From IMG/VR virus record IMGVR_UViG_3300000318_000002, positions 1 through 64,000 of that record: DNA of 64,000 nt. One strand, given 5' to 3'. Origin of the DNA: a virus. The stretch's first letter is position 1. Every line of letters starts with the position of its first letter. The notes below the pieces were generated by a model, which searched no databases, had not been told where the DNA came from, and saw only the letters and a program-made list of their open reading frames with translations. The position numbers were made by a program, and so were the translations under genes. Of the stretch, positions 38,318-47,742 are shown one piece after another.

Positions 38318-39000
38318 TAACAACCCGACCGGCGGCGGAGTATCCGCCGGAAATAATAAACGGAAAACTGCTGTAAAAATGACGAAAGTCTGCGGTTTTT
38401 AAACGACAATTATTGCGTCCTTAAATTCAAAAAAACGGGTGATTGCCGGATGACGTAAATATTTAAATGGAGGCTCTTATGTATCTGTTTAATGTTACAA
38501 ACAAATTCGGGGATTATGCAGAGGCTGGCGGGATAAAAGCTAATCAGGTTGATCAGATGACCGCCGAGTACTTTTATCGTCACATGCTCAAATACCGTGC
38601 GCAGGAGCACTGGCAGATTGTGAGCATAGAGCAAAATAAAAACAAGGAGCAAATAAAATGTCAAACATCAAAGTGGTGTTAACGCCGAAACAAAAAAAAA
38701 TGTTGGAACAGATTATAAATGAGGGTTGCGACGGCATAACGTGCGAGCTCTGCCCGCTTGAAAACATGTACGGAGGCAGCAATGACATAATCGCCGAGAC
38801 GCTTCTCGAGGCATCAAAATGAAAATATTACCGAATGAAGAAACAGAAAAGCCGTTCAAGCCGTTTTCAATATTGATCGAATCGGCAGATGAGGCGTGGG
38901 CGATTGAGAATTTGATGTATTCAGATGAGTCCCCTTTTTCAGAATACGATTATAGCAATTTTCATGCCGCTCGGATACTCGCAGAAAAAGGATAATAAAA

Positions 39001-39195
39001 ATGAAAATAAAAATTACTAATGAATATGCATGGGACAATGTGGTAACTCATAGGGATATCGCTGTAAGGATAAAAAAAATGTTATCTGACGACCCGGTAT
39101 TTACGTTTGCCGTATATAGGGACGAAACAGATTTTTTTGACCGCACCACCGAGTTAACGGTTAGGGCAAAAATAAAGGAGAATAAAAATGTTTAA
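39001..39195 (+). CDS. hypothetical protein
   Basis: RBS; in small-ORF cluster. Confidence 0.5.
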   Translation: MKIKITNEYAWDNVVTHRDIAVRIKKMLSDDPVFTFAVYRDETDFFDRTTELTVRAKIKENKNV

Positions 39196-39373
39196 ATTTA
39201 TCGATGTTAATGGCAATGTAAAGTTTTCCGAAAAAACTACATTGCCAAAATTACAGGAATTTGTTGGCGGCACGGTTACTCATATCGGCAATTACTATTA
39301 TAATCCGGCGGAGATGACGCCGAATAAGCTAAAACCGTCGCTGTGCGGTAATATTGTGGAGGTGGTGAAATGA
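39188..39373 (+). CDS. hypothetical protein (DUF3846-like motif)
   Basis: TLPKLQEFVGG...N...LCGNIV. Confidence 0.5.
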   Translation: MFKFIDVNGNVKFSEKTTLPKLQEFVGGTVTHIGNYYYNPAEMTPNKLKPSLCGNIVEVVK

Positions 39374-39588
39374 AAGTATATTTTGAAGATGATTCGCCTT
39401 GCGGGATACTCATAAGCGAGGATGAGAAATGAAAAGCCAAGAAGAGCTAGGAGAAGAAATTTGTGAATATTGTCCTATTGAGCCGTCCGATCGTGGTGTA
39501 CATTGTTATGGCGGATCGGTTAGTATGTGCGAGGGATCGAAATGTGACGATGCCTATGAAAATTATATTGAATCACAAGAGGATAAAA

Positions 39589-40101
39589 ATGAAACGTGAA
39601 ATAACTACAAAAACAGAACAACGGAATATTGATATTATGAGTGATTATACGGCAAGTATCAGTGTTTATGAAATTGCTAAAAAATATAATCTTGAGGTTT
39701 CCACTGTTCGGAATATTATTTGCATTCATGATAAGTCGAAAGAAGAAAAAATAAATAAATATCAAAAAGTAATTGATATGTTTGATCGAGGGTTTTCGAG
39801 AAAGGAAATTTCCATTAAATTACATATCGGTTATAATAAAGTTCGGGATATTGTAGATAATGGTATTCCGGAAATTGAAATTGAAGAGCAAGAAGAAGTT
39901 ATTTCTCAAAAAAAGATAAAATCAATTCCAGGATTATTGATCCAGCCAACGGAACGAGGGGAAATAGATCAGCGACGTTTTCTAAAAGCCAAAATACCGG
40001 CAGAAGAACGTGTCAAAATACATGTTTTGTCTGAAGATCCGAGATGTTTCCGGAATGGGGGTATTCTTTTATCTGCCGTTTTTTTGAATAAAATTAGATA
40101 A
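39589..40101 (+). CDS. helix-turn-helix protein
   Basis: SVYEIAKKYNLEVSTVRNI and SRKEISIKLHIGYNKVR; GAGGA RBS supports start 39589. Confidence 0.65.
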   Translation: MKREITTKTEQRNIDIMSDYTASISVYEIAKKYNLEVSTVRNIICIHDKSKEEKINKYQKVIDMFDRGFSRKEISIKLHIGYNKVRDIVDNGIPEIEIEEQEEVISQKKIKSIPGLLIQPTERGEIDQRRFLKAKIPAEERVKIHVLSEDPRCFRNGGILLSAVFLNKIR

Positions 40102-40341
40102 TAATGAAACAGTTGAAAATAAATTGTTGACAAATAGCCAACAATTTATTTTATTGTTAATATATTTCAAAAGGAGAAAACGACACACTATGTCAAAACT
40201 CACCTACCGCCTGGATCAGCTTCTTTCAAAGAAAGAAAAGCTTAAGGCAGAAAGCGAATCTGTTACATCTGAGATCAAAACCGTAAAACTGGGTATCGCT
40301 GAAGAAAAGAAAGTTGCAAAAGCAAAGTAATTTAGAATCAG

Positions 40342-40373
40342 AAAAAAGGGTGTCTTGACTGGCACTCTTTTTT
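40342..40373 (+). terminator. intrinsic terminator
   Basis: AAAAAAGGGTGTC-TTGACT-GGCACTCTTTTTT. Confidence 0.7.
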
Positions 40374-40397
40374 CTTCTTATCATTGAGAGGTTTAAA

Positions 40398-40667
40398 ATG
40401 TTGAATAAAGCTTTAAAATTACTTCGGGTTTATCATGATATGAAGGCGGTGGACCTTGCGGACAAGCTAGGGATGCCCGATAGCTCATTTGTATCATTGA
40501 TGGAAAAGGGACGAAGAAAGGTTACAATGGAAATGCTACAAAAATATGCAAATGTTTTTGATATGAAGCCTCAAGAAATTTTAACTTTTGCTGAAAAAAT
40601 TGAGCACAAAAAAGGTCTTGAAGTCGCGATCATCAAAAGTATTAAAAAAACCATAGCGGAGTATTAA
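40398..40667 (+). CDS. XRE-family HTH transcriptional regulator
   Basis: ALKLLR.....DLADKLG...FVSLMEKGRR......YANVF. Confidence 0.88.
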   Translation: MLNKALKLLRVYHDMKAVDLADKLGMPDSSFVSLMEKGRRKVTMEMLQKYANVFDMKPQEILTFAEKIEHKKGLEVAIIKSIKKTIAEY

Positions 40668-40670
40668 ACA

Positions 40671-41021
40671 ATGGCGGGATTTACGTCTATTGGTAATCGT
40701 CGGATTTACCATGATGAAACATATTTTGTTTCTTATGCTGGTGGGAAGAGAGATCTTGCGGCAAAAGATCAAAAAGAGTACAGTAATATTATTAAACTTC
40801 CTTTTGAACTCCAGCGAAAAGAATTAAAGAAGCTTGGTTTTGAAAAAAATCCTAATGTAATTCCCATTAAAGGAATACGTTTGATTGAAATTTTCAAGAC
40901 CAGTAATTTTATTCCGCTCTTTGATCATTTCTTTGATCAATCACATCTTTTAACGGTAACAGATGAAATTGTTTATGAAAGTATTCGTCAGAAAAACTAT
41001 GAAATTGCACTTGGTAAATAA
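40671..41021 (+). CDS. hypothetical protein
   Basis: ORF in operon. Confidence 0.5.
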   Translation: MAGFTSIGNRRIYHDETYFVSYAGGKRDLAAKDQKEYSNIIKLPFELQRKELKKLGFEKNPNVIPIKGIRLIEIFKTSNFIPLFDHFFDQSHLLTVTDEIVYESIRQKNYEIALGK

Positions 41022-41024
41022 AAT

Positions 41025-41354
41025 ATGAAACAGCCTATCAGTATAATCCAAAAAATATATGATTCTGAAATAAATATCCGTATCTCATGGTCCTGGGACG
41101 CTGGTTTTTATTGGTTTATCATAAATCCAAATAGAGCAAGTCGTCAGAACGCCGATATGCTATTGCCGGAAAATCCTCTTAATGAAGATATTTCCAATAT
41201 TATTGAAGTTGATTGGTTAAAAAAGGGATCGAAAGAAACATTTTCAGAAATGGTTGTAGACCTTGCTGAAAATATTGTGTTGCTATATCCTGATTCAAAT
41301 TTTAGTGGATGGTATAAAGAGCAAAATGAAAAAAAAATCAATCCAGATATTTAA
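41025..41354 (+). CDS. hypothetical protein
   Basis: Q.IYDSEIN..ISW.WDAG motif; in operon. Confidence 0.6.
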   Translation: MKQPISIIQKIYDSEINIRISWSWDAGFYWFIINPNRASRQNADMLLPENPLNEDISNIIEVDWLKKGSKETFSEMVVDLAENIVLLYPDSNFSGWYKEQNEKKINPDI

Positions 41355-41542
41355 ACAGCAAGAAAATTTTGTTCCGGATAATGCCTCTATCGCAAGTGAA
41401 CAAACATTCCAATCTATTTTAAATGAATTTTCAATGATTTTTGCTTCAAATAAAAAAAAATATGGTGATATCGCTAATACTGAAAACACAAAACATATAA
41501 TAAACAATTCAAAACTTTTAACCGTAAGGAAGGTAGATTAAA

Positions 41543-41980
41543 ATGGAAATTTTAAAACATATTTTTTCAGATGCTATATTCTGTTTTGTTTTGTTTTTGA
41601 TTAAATTTTATGTTCCTGATTTTGTTGGAGGATTCGGGGTGTTTACCGGGATTCTGTTTTCTTTAAATATTTTGTATTTGCTTTTTTGTATAAGTAATGC
41701 TCAAGAAGGATACTTTGACAAGCGTTTTCATAAAGAAAATATAAAATTTGCAAATAGAACTATTTCTTTGTGGGTATATGATATTGCTACGGACATATTA
41801 TATATCATTATTTTTATTGTTTATTTCCATTATGTTTTTGCTCCAATAGTATTGATGTTTTCCCTAATGGCTAAATTTTATGGCAAGCCAATATTTAACA
41901 CGTATAAAATATGGTATGATGCGGTTTATTCAAAGCTTCTGGAGTTTGAGAAAACAAAACTTACAAAAGGACTAAAATAA
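41543..41980 (+). CDS. multi-pass membrane protein
   Basis: About four hydrophobic segments. Confidence 0.65.
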   Translation: MEILKHIFSDAIFCFVLFLIKFYVPDFVGGFGVFTGILFSLNILYLLFCISNAQEGYFDKRFHKENIKFANRTISLWVYDIATDILYIIIFIVYFHYVFAPIVLMFSLMAKFYGKPIFNTYKIWYDAVYSKLLEFEKTKLTKGLK

Positions 41981-42171
41981 TGCAAAATGTAGAAATGACG
42001 AGTGACGGTAAGAAATTAACTATTGTCGTTGATCTTACAAAAGAATATGGGGAAAGTGCTTCTAAAAAATCGATTATAATTGCGTCAACCGGCGGGGGTA
42101 TCGCAATACCCGAATCAAATGATATTAAGATCGGATTGAATATTTATAAAAAGGTAAAGAGGAAAAAGTAA
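41980..42171 (+). CDS. small conserved beta-rich protein
   Basis: MQNV....GKKLTIVVDLTKEYGESASKKSIIIASTGG...IGLNIY. Confidence 0.7.
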   Translation: MQNVEMTSDGKKLTIVVDLTKEYGESASKKSIIIASTGGGIAIPESNDIKIGLNIYKKVKRKK

Positions 42172-42890
42172 TGGAAATTTTTCAATTAGGACAAGGGTGG
42201 ATAGAAGTAGACCCTACAGATCAAAAAGTTAAAGATCAAAAGATAATATTTGAATGTTTGGATAGTTTGCAACCGACATTTATTGATAATTCAGTACGGG
42301 TATTGTTTAATTGCACGATTGAACACTCTTGTTTTTTCGATGAAGATGTAACCATTAATTCGAATTGTAAAATTTCGCATGATGTGAAAATAGGTAAAAA
42401 ATCACATATAGGAAATGGTGTTCTTATTGGTCCGAATACTATTATTTCTCAATCTGTAATTATTTCAGATAATGTTTTTATTGGAGAAGATGTTATTATT
42501 GGTGATAATGTTATTATTGGTAAAGGATCGCGAATAAGATCCGGATCAATTATTGGTAATTTTTCATTTATACATGAAAAAACTTTACTTAATAAAAATA
42601 TTGTTTTATCGCCTTTTTGTATTATTCCCGAAAATACCGAGATTAAAGAATCTTTGCAAATAAGCTCTATTATGATCAATGACAATTCTCATGAATTGAT
42701 TTATTGTAATGGCGAATTTTTTATTAATAGAATTCATATAATTGATGATGAATTAAATTGTTATCTTGATTATATGGAAAATATCCCAATTTTAAGGGAC
42801 AAAGATCAAATAGATCAAAACAAAATTGATGTTCAAAACACAATTATATGGGCAAAAAAGCAAATTAAAAAAATTAAGGAGATTATATGA
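42171..42890 (+). CDS. hexapeptide-repeat (left-handed beta-helix) protein, degenerate repeats
   Basis: IGKKSH IGNGVL IGPNTI ISQSVI ISDNVF IGEDVI IGDNVI IGKGSR. Confidence 0.8.
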   Translation: MEIFQLGQGWIEVDPTDQKVKDQKIIFECLDSLQPTFIDNSVRVLFNCTIEHSCFFDEDVTINSNCKISHDVKIGKKSHIGNGVLIGPNTIISQSVIISDNVFIGEDVIIGDNVIIGKGSRIRSGSIIGNFSFIHEKTLLNKNIVLSPFCIIPENTEIKESLQISSIMINDNSHELIYCNGEFFINRIHIIDDELNCYLDYMENIPILRDKDQIDQNKIDVQNTIIWAKKQIKKIKEII

Positions 42891-43228
42891 AATTTGAAAA
42901 GGCACTAGAATTGGTTAATGTACAATTAAAAAAATCATATCCGTTCTTTAAAGGTGTTGATGAACAAGATGGAAAAGCAATGATTATGATTTGGAATATG
43001 TTTGCACTTGTAAAAAAAAATAAGCTTGACGATTTAGTTTTAATAGCTAAGAACGGAACAGATATAATTTCTATCCCAATTCCCGATGAATTGGAAGACG
43101 AAAAAACGTTCAATGAGGCTGATGAACAAATAAATGAGTCATCCAAACCGAAGAAAGCAACAAAGAAAGATGCAAAAGGCGCAAAGCCCGATGTCATCTC
43201 CGCAACCTCAACAGAACCAAATAGCTGA
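42887..43228 (+). CDS. hypothetical protein
   Basis: AGGAG RBS; ATGA overlap. Confidence 0.5.
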   Translation: MKFEKALELVNVQLKKSYPFFKGVDEQDGKAMIMIWNMFALVKKNKLDDLVLIAKNGTDIISIPIPDELEDEKTFNEADEQINESSKPKKATKKDAKGAKPDVISATSTEPNS

Positions 43229-44843
43229 TACCTACAATAGAGCTTATAAAGAAGGAAGAGCCGCTGTCAAAGAACTTGAAAAGCGGCTCTCTCTTTCTGT
43301 TCCTTCCGGCGTAAAATACGATCAACTCAATAATATCTCTTATAACAATGTTGTTTATCAACGTGATAAAATCCCAGATAGAATCCTTAAAATGGTTGAG
43401 CGTCGGAATCCGGTTGTTGCCGCTGGAATAACGCTCCGGATACAGCAAGCTCTTGAATATTCTAACATTTCCCATGATAAAGATGTTCCCGGTTGGGAAT
43501 TTGTCCCGCGTGATGAGAAACAACAAATGACGCCCAAAATGGAAAAGCAGAAACTTTTCCTTGAATACCTTCTAGAAAAAGGTCATTCTTCTGATTATAC
43601 GTCATTTGATGGTGTTGATGAACCTTCTTATTTCCGTGAAAGAATTACTCAATATGTTCGTGATCGAATAACTATTGATAAAGTATGCTGGGAGATTGAA
43701 CGCGATCTCAAGGGACGTGCTATAGCACTATGGACTCTCGACGGTGCTACAGTGTTCCCTGTACTTCCTGGCGGGTTTTGGGGTTCGTGTTCGATGATTA
43801 CCGCTGGGATGGGAGGGGGTTATACAGAACTTGCCGAAAAGATCCGTCAAGCCCGTCTGACAAATGTTCCTCCAGTCGAAAAAATAGCATTTGTTCAAGA
43901 ACTTCTTTATGGCATGAGTGGCGGCGGGATTGCTGCGGCTTTCACAAATAAAGACATGATTTATGATATTTCAAATGACCTTAATGATGTTCGTTATTAT
44001 AAACAAGGGTTTTCAGTTATTGAAAAAGCGAATATTGCCATAACTGCTTTTATCAATTCCCTTTCCTATAATTCAAACGGTCTTTCCCGTGGTGCTATTC
44101 CAAAAGTAGCAATTTCTATGGGCAAGGAAAGCGGTTACACCGAAGAACAACTTGAAGATCTTCAAGACGAATGGATGGCAAATTTTGAAGGTGTAGATTC
44201 TCAATGGAATATTCCGCTTCTTAATGGGGATGCAAAAGTTCTTAATCTTTTGCCGTCAAATCGTGATATGGAATATCAATCGTACCTTGAATTTACAGGT
44301 GCATTAACTTTTGCCTGTATGGGTATAGATCCTACTGAATGCGGGTTACGATTTAATCAAGCAACTCAGATTATGTCAGAGAACAGCGATGGGAAACAAA
44401 AGTTTTCTAAGAATCGCGGTCTTGCCGAAATGCTGACCTCTTTTGCGTATACGACAAATAGATTCCTTGAACTCAGTGGATATGATTTTGCAAAAGACTG
44501 GAATTTCCGTTTTAACGGATTATCTTTTGAGGATAAAGGTTTTGAGGCTGATCTTAGAGAAAAGGCAATAAGAACAGATACTACAATTAATGAAAGTCGC
44601 ATAAAACGCGGTGACAAACCGATCAAATATGGTGATATTATTGCGAACCCTCAATTTATTCAATATATAATGAATAAAGAACAACAAGAACAGCAAGGTC
44701 AAGATCAAAGTGATAATCAAAATGATTTTGGTAGTGATGATACCGAAGATGATGATCTTGATTCAACCGTTGATGATGCAATGAATGAAGCTTTAGGAAG
44801 TGATTCATCTCAAAAAATGGAAAAAGCGTTTAGATTAATATAA
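43134..44843 (+). CDS. portal protein
   Basis: I..RIQQ, VRD..TID...EIER, ALW.LDGAT, G.S.IE, G.IPK, W.IP, DME, IDP.E.G, NE.R...G.KP. Confidence 0.9.
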   Translation: MSHPNRRKQQRKMQKAQSPMSSPQPQQNQIADTYNRAYKEGRAAVKELEKRLSLSVPSGVKYDQLNNISYNNVVYQRDKIPDRILKMVERRNPVVAAGITLRIQQALEYSNISHDKDVPGWEFVPRDEKQQMTPKMEKQKLFLEYLLEKGHSSDYTSFDGVDEPSYFRERITQYVRDRITIDKVCWEIERDLKGRAIALWTLDGATVFPVLPGGFWGSCSMITAGMGGGYTELAEKIRQARLTNVPPVEKIAFVQELLYGMSGGGIAAAFTNKDMIYDISNDLNDVRYYKQGFSVIEKANIAITAFINSLSYNSNGLSRGAIPKVAISMGKESGYTEEQLEDLQDEWMANFEGVDSQWNIPLLNGDAKVLNLLPSNRDMEYQSYLEFTGALTFACMGIDPTECGLRFNQATQIMSENSDGKQKFSKNRGLAEMLTSFAYTTNRFLELSGYDFAKDWNFRFNGLSFEDKGFEADLREKAIRTDTTINESRIKRGDKPIKYGDIIANPQFIQYIMNKEQQEQQGQDQSDNQNDFGSDDTEDDDLDSTVDDAMNEALGSDSSQKMEKAFRLI

Positions 44844-44858
44844 CAGGAGTTTTTTAAA

Positions 44859-45956
44859 ATGTCAGTGAATAAAAAAAGTTTAATGTATTGCCAAATCTCT
44901 CATAAAAGTACGACATATGAAGTATATGTTGGAGTTACTGATACTGACGAACTTAATGATATACTTCAGGATTGGGCAATCAGCAATACCACTATTGCGG
45001 AAGCCCTTGATTTACCTGCGGATCTTGTAATATGCCAAGCAATTACTGATTATCTTACAACCAATGATTCCGATGGTTATGTTTATATAAAAAGTGCCGT
45101 TTCTGCTTATATGGATAAAGTAAAGAATGCAGGGCTTACCGGAACTTTCCCAACACTTCCAACCGCCCTTGTTGCAGAGAAATATGTCCTTCCAGCGACA
45201 ACTGCATTTGTTTTCTCTGCCGCTTCTTTTGCTGGAGTGTTTGGAGAATATACAATCCCTACAGCGTCTTTTGAGCTTGCGACTGGAGTTAACATAATCG
45301 GTATTGATTATAATGCGGGAACTCCTCAATATCAGATTTATTCCGATATCTCTTCAGTTAATTATTCCAGCATAATCCCTGTTTGTAAAGTTCTGTATTT
45401 TAATAGCAATATTTATTCTATTCCTCTCGGTGTTTCCGGAGACGGACTTGCTGAAAAAATTATTGCCGATCAACGGAAACAACATCAGTATGTTTTGATA
45501 GATGAATTTACACTTACTCATGATTCAAACCTTTATACTCAAATAGGGGCATTGTCCGTAACTCACGGGCTTGATACTATTGCTCCGCTTGCGTTTGATT
45601 CGTCTTTATCAAATAATGATCTTTATCTTTATTACAAAAATTCAAGTTCCGAATGGCAGACAAGTAAGGTTACCCAACTTAATAATCTTCAGTATCAAGG
45701 TGCGGGTCTTGTTGCTCTTGCCGATGGCGAATATGTGGCAAATTATCTTTATCGTTTGGTTGATGGAACGAATAAACTTGCTTTTACAGTGCTTTCTGGT
45801 AAATTTACATCTCTTCAGGATGCAATTAACAGCGCGCCAGTTTCTATCCCTGATACGATAAAAAATTCATCAGTAATTGTCGGACGTATTATATTTGCAA
45901 AAGGATCAACAACGGGAACTGTACAAAAAGTGCAGAAAATCGTTTTTGGTATATAA
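44859..45956 (+). CDS. putative virion structural protein
   Basis: 365 aa, beta/Ser-Thr rich, directly after the portal. Confidence 0.5.
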   Translation: MSVNKKSLMYCQISHKSTTYEVYVGVTDTDELNDILQDWAISNTTIAEALDLPADLVICQAITDYLTTNDSDGYVYIKSAVSAYMDKVKNAGLTGTFPTLPTALVAEKYVLPATTAFVFSAASFAGVFGEYTIPTASFELATGVNIIGIDYNAGTPQYQIYSDISSVNYSSIIPVCKVLYFNSNIYSIPLGVSGDGLAEKIIADQRKQHQYVLIDEFTLTHDSNLYTQIGALSVTHGLDTIAPLAFDSSLSNNDLYLYYKNSSSEWQTSKVTQLNNLQYQGAGLVALADGEYVANYLYRLVDGTNKLAFTVLSGKFTSLQDAINSAPVSIPDTIKNSSVIVGRIIFAKGSTTGTVQKVQKIVFGI

Positions 45957-45981
45957 TTTCAAACAAAAGGAATAAAATTTT

Positions 45982-46320
45982 ATGAAAAAGAATCTTGGGA
46001 TATTTGACCACTTCGATTTTTTGAAACAGCAATATCCTTGTGTACTGGATGGATGTTTCGCTTTTGTGAAAGATTCGGGGACAGTTTATCTTCATATCAA
46101 TAATGCATGGAAGAATACAAATCTACCCATTACGCATTACGAGTTTTTGGTTAAAGCAGATGATCTTACACCTGATCCTATTATTGATGAAAAGCCTAAA
46201 TTCGAAACGGTTGTTGAAGAAAGTTCAGAAGCAACGAACAAATTAGTTGAAGAAGAAGCAATAGAAACGGAAACATCGGAAGAGCCTGAACTCGAAATCA
46301 AATTAACCGAGAAGGAATAA
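45982..46320 (+). CDS. hypothetical protein with acidic tail
   Basis: N-terminus resembles that of the 46546 ORF. Confidence 0.55.
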   Translation: MKKNLGIFDHFDFLKQQYPCVLDGCFAFVKDSGTVYLHINNAWKNTNLPITHYEFLVKADDLTPDPIIDEKPKFETVVEESSEATNKLVEEEAIETETSEEPELEIKLTEKE

Positions 46321-46325
46321 TTTAA

Positions 46326-46532
46326 ATGACACCGCAAAGAAGAAAAACAGATCATATTAGAAATGTATGGGATTTTTTGCGGTGGCTCATCGGCGGTAAG
46401 AATTTATTTAAAGTTACCTTCTATCTTGCTATCGTATTTTTTATTGCTTTTTCAAGTTTTTCTTTTTCAGTAGGAAATAGTCAATTTAAAAAAGACTCCA
46501 TCACTACAATAATTTTGAATTTAATTAAATAG
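46326..46532 (+). CDS. small membrane protein (holin-like)
   Basis: N-terminal RRKTD motif and one TM helix. Confidence 0.45.
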   Translation: MTPQRRKTDHIRNVWDFLRWLIGGKNLFKVTFYLAIVFFIAFSSFSFSVGNSQFKKDSITTIILNLIK

Positions 46533-46545
46533 GAGTTTTATAACA

Positions 46546-47733
46546 ATGGCAAAGAACATAGGAACTTTTGATATCCCTGAACTTTTAAAACCTTCAGATC
46601 AAGGTGATTATGCTATCATAAAAAGCACAAGTTCAATGTGGAAATATACAAAGGAAGGTTGGCTCGACACGGGAACACCTTCCGTAGTTTCAGAAGGAGA
46701 AACATTCCCTTCTACAACCATTTATGTTGATGGGAATAGAACTGACGAATATACTCCAGATGGAACATATGAAAAACCTTTTTTAAAATTTAGTGATGCT
46801 CTAGTCGTTGCACATTCTGCGGTAGCAATCAATCTAGCTCCTGGAGCTTATGTTGAAACGGGAACAGTATCTTTACCCGCATATCCGATTACAATTTATG
46901 GGAATAAATCAACATTAACCTCTTCTGGAACCATTACAGTAAACGAAGTATTGACTGTTTACGATTTAAATACTGTTGGGGCGGTTGTTTATGCTTATAC
47001 CGGAGCAGCCAGATCGATGAGAATTGGCGGATCAATCAATGGAGCGGTTACAATCCAAGGAGGATTTATACATTTTGATTCATTAAATTATACGGGAACA
47101 ATGACAATTACGGGTGGGACTCCATATTTCAGGGGGATGACTGGCGGGGGTTCGATTGTTGTGAACGGTTCTTCTGCGGTAGTAATTTTAAATGATTGTA
47201 ATCTTAACAAGGCAAATGTTTCATCCGCCAATATAACTGTTACTTCGGGACAAGTCTTTGGCAAGGGGAGCATTTGTATAAATAAAGGAGATACTTCAAA
47301 TATTGTATTTAACAATACTAATACAATTACCACTCCACATTATTTAACTCAAATAACTTGTAATTATGGCGTATCATGCAATTCTGCTTATACCATTGTT
47401 GCTCCAGATAATATTATTCCTGTTCTGACTGGTTCTGCTATTGTTGGACCTCCGGCGATTCCTACTTTTGGAGTTGGCGGAGGAACTGCACAAGTACAGA
47501 CAGCGACTATTCCGCTTCTTGTTTCAACTTATTATCCAGGAATGAGATTTTCATATGTGGTTTCTGTTTCTAATACGGGCGCGACTCCGACATTGAATGT
47601 TAATACTCTTGGTGCAAAAACAGTAATCAAGGGAACTGGTGCGGCAGTAGCGGCAGGTAGTTTAGCTATTGGAATGGTTGCAGAAATTATTTATGATGGT
47701 ACATATTTACGTATTCTTAATCCTGCTGCATAA
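46546..47733 (+). CDS. putative head fibre/decoration protein with beta-helix-like region
   Basis: IYVDGNR.....DGT.EKPF; G/T/V-rich; C-terminal NTGATPTLNVNTLGAK...YDGT fibre-type domain. Confidence 0.6.
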   Translation: MAKNIGTFDIPELLKPSDQGDYAIIKSTSSMWKYTKEGWLDTGTPSVVSEGETFPSTTIYVDGNRTDEYTPDGTYEKPFLKFSDALVVAHSAVAINLAPGAYVETGTVSLPAYPITIYGNKSTLTSSGTITVNEVLTVYDLNTVGAVVYAYTGAARSMRIGGSINGAVTIQGGFIHFDSLNYTGTMTITGGTPYFRGMTGGGSIVVNGSSAVVILNDCNLNKANVSSANITVTSGQVFGKGSICINKGDTSNIVFNNTNTITTPHYLTQITCNYGVSCNSAYTIVAPDNIIPVLTGSAIVGPPAIPTFGVGGGTAQVQTATIPLLVSTYYPGMRFSYVVSVSNTGATPTLNVNTLGAKTVIKGTGAAVAAGSLAIGMVAEIIYDGTYLRILNPAA

Positions 47734-47742
47734 TATGGCAAT

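Noticed and set aside
38360-38450. c-di-GMP-I riboswitch
   Set aside because: Only loose resemblance (GGAAAAC, GACGAAAG, TTGCCG); the required stems do not pair convincingly
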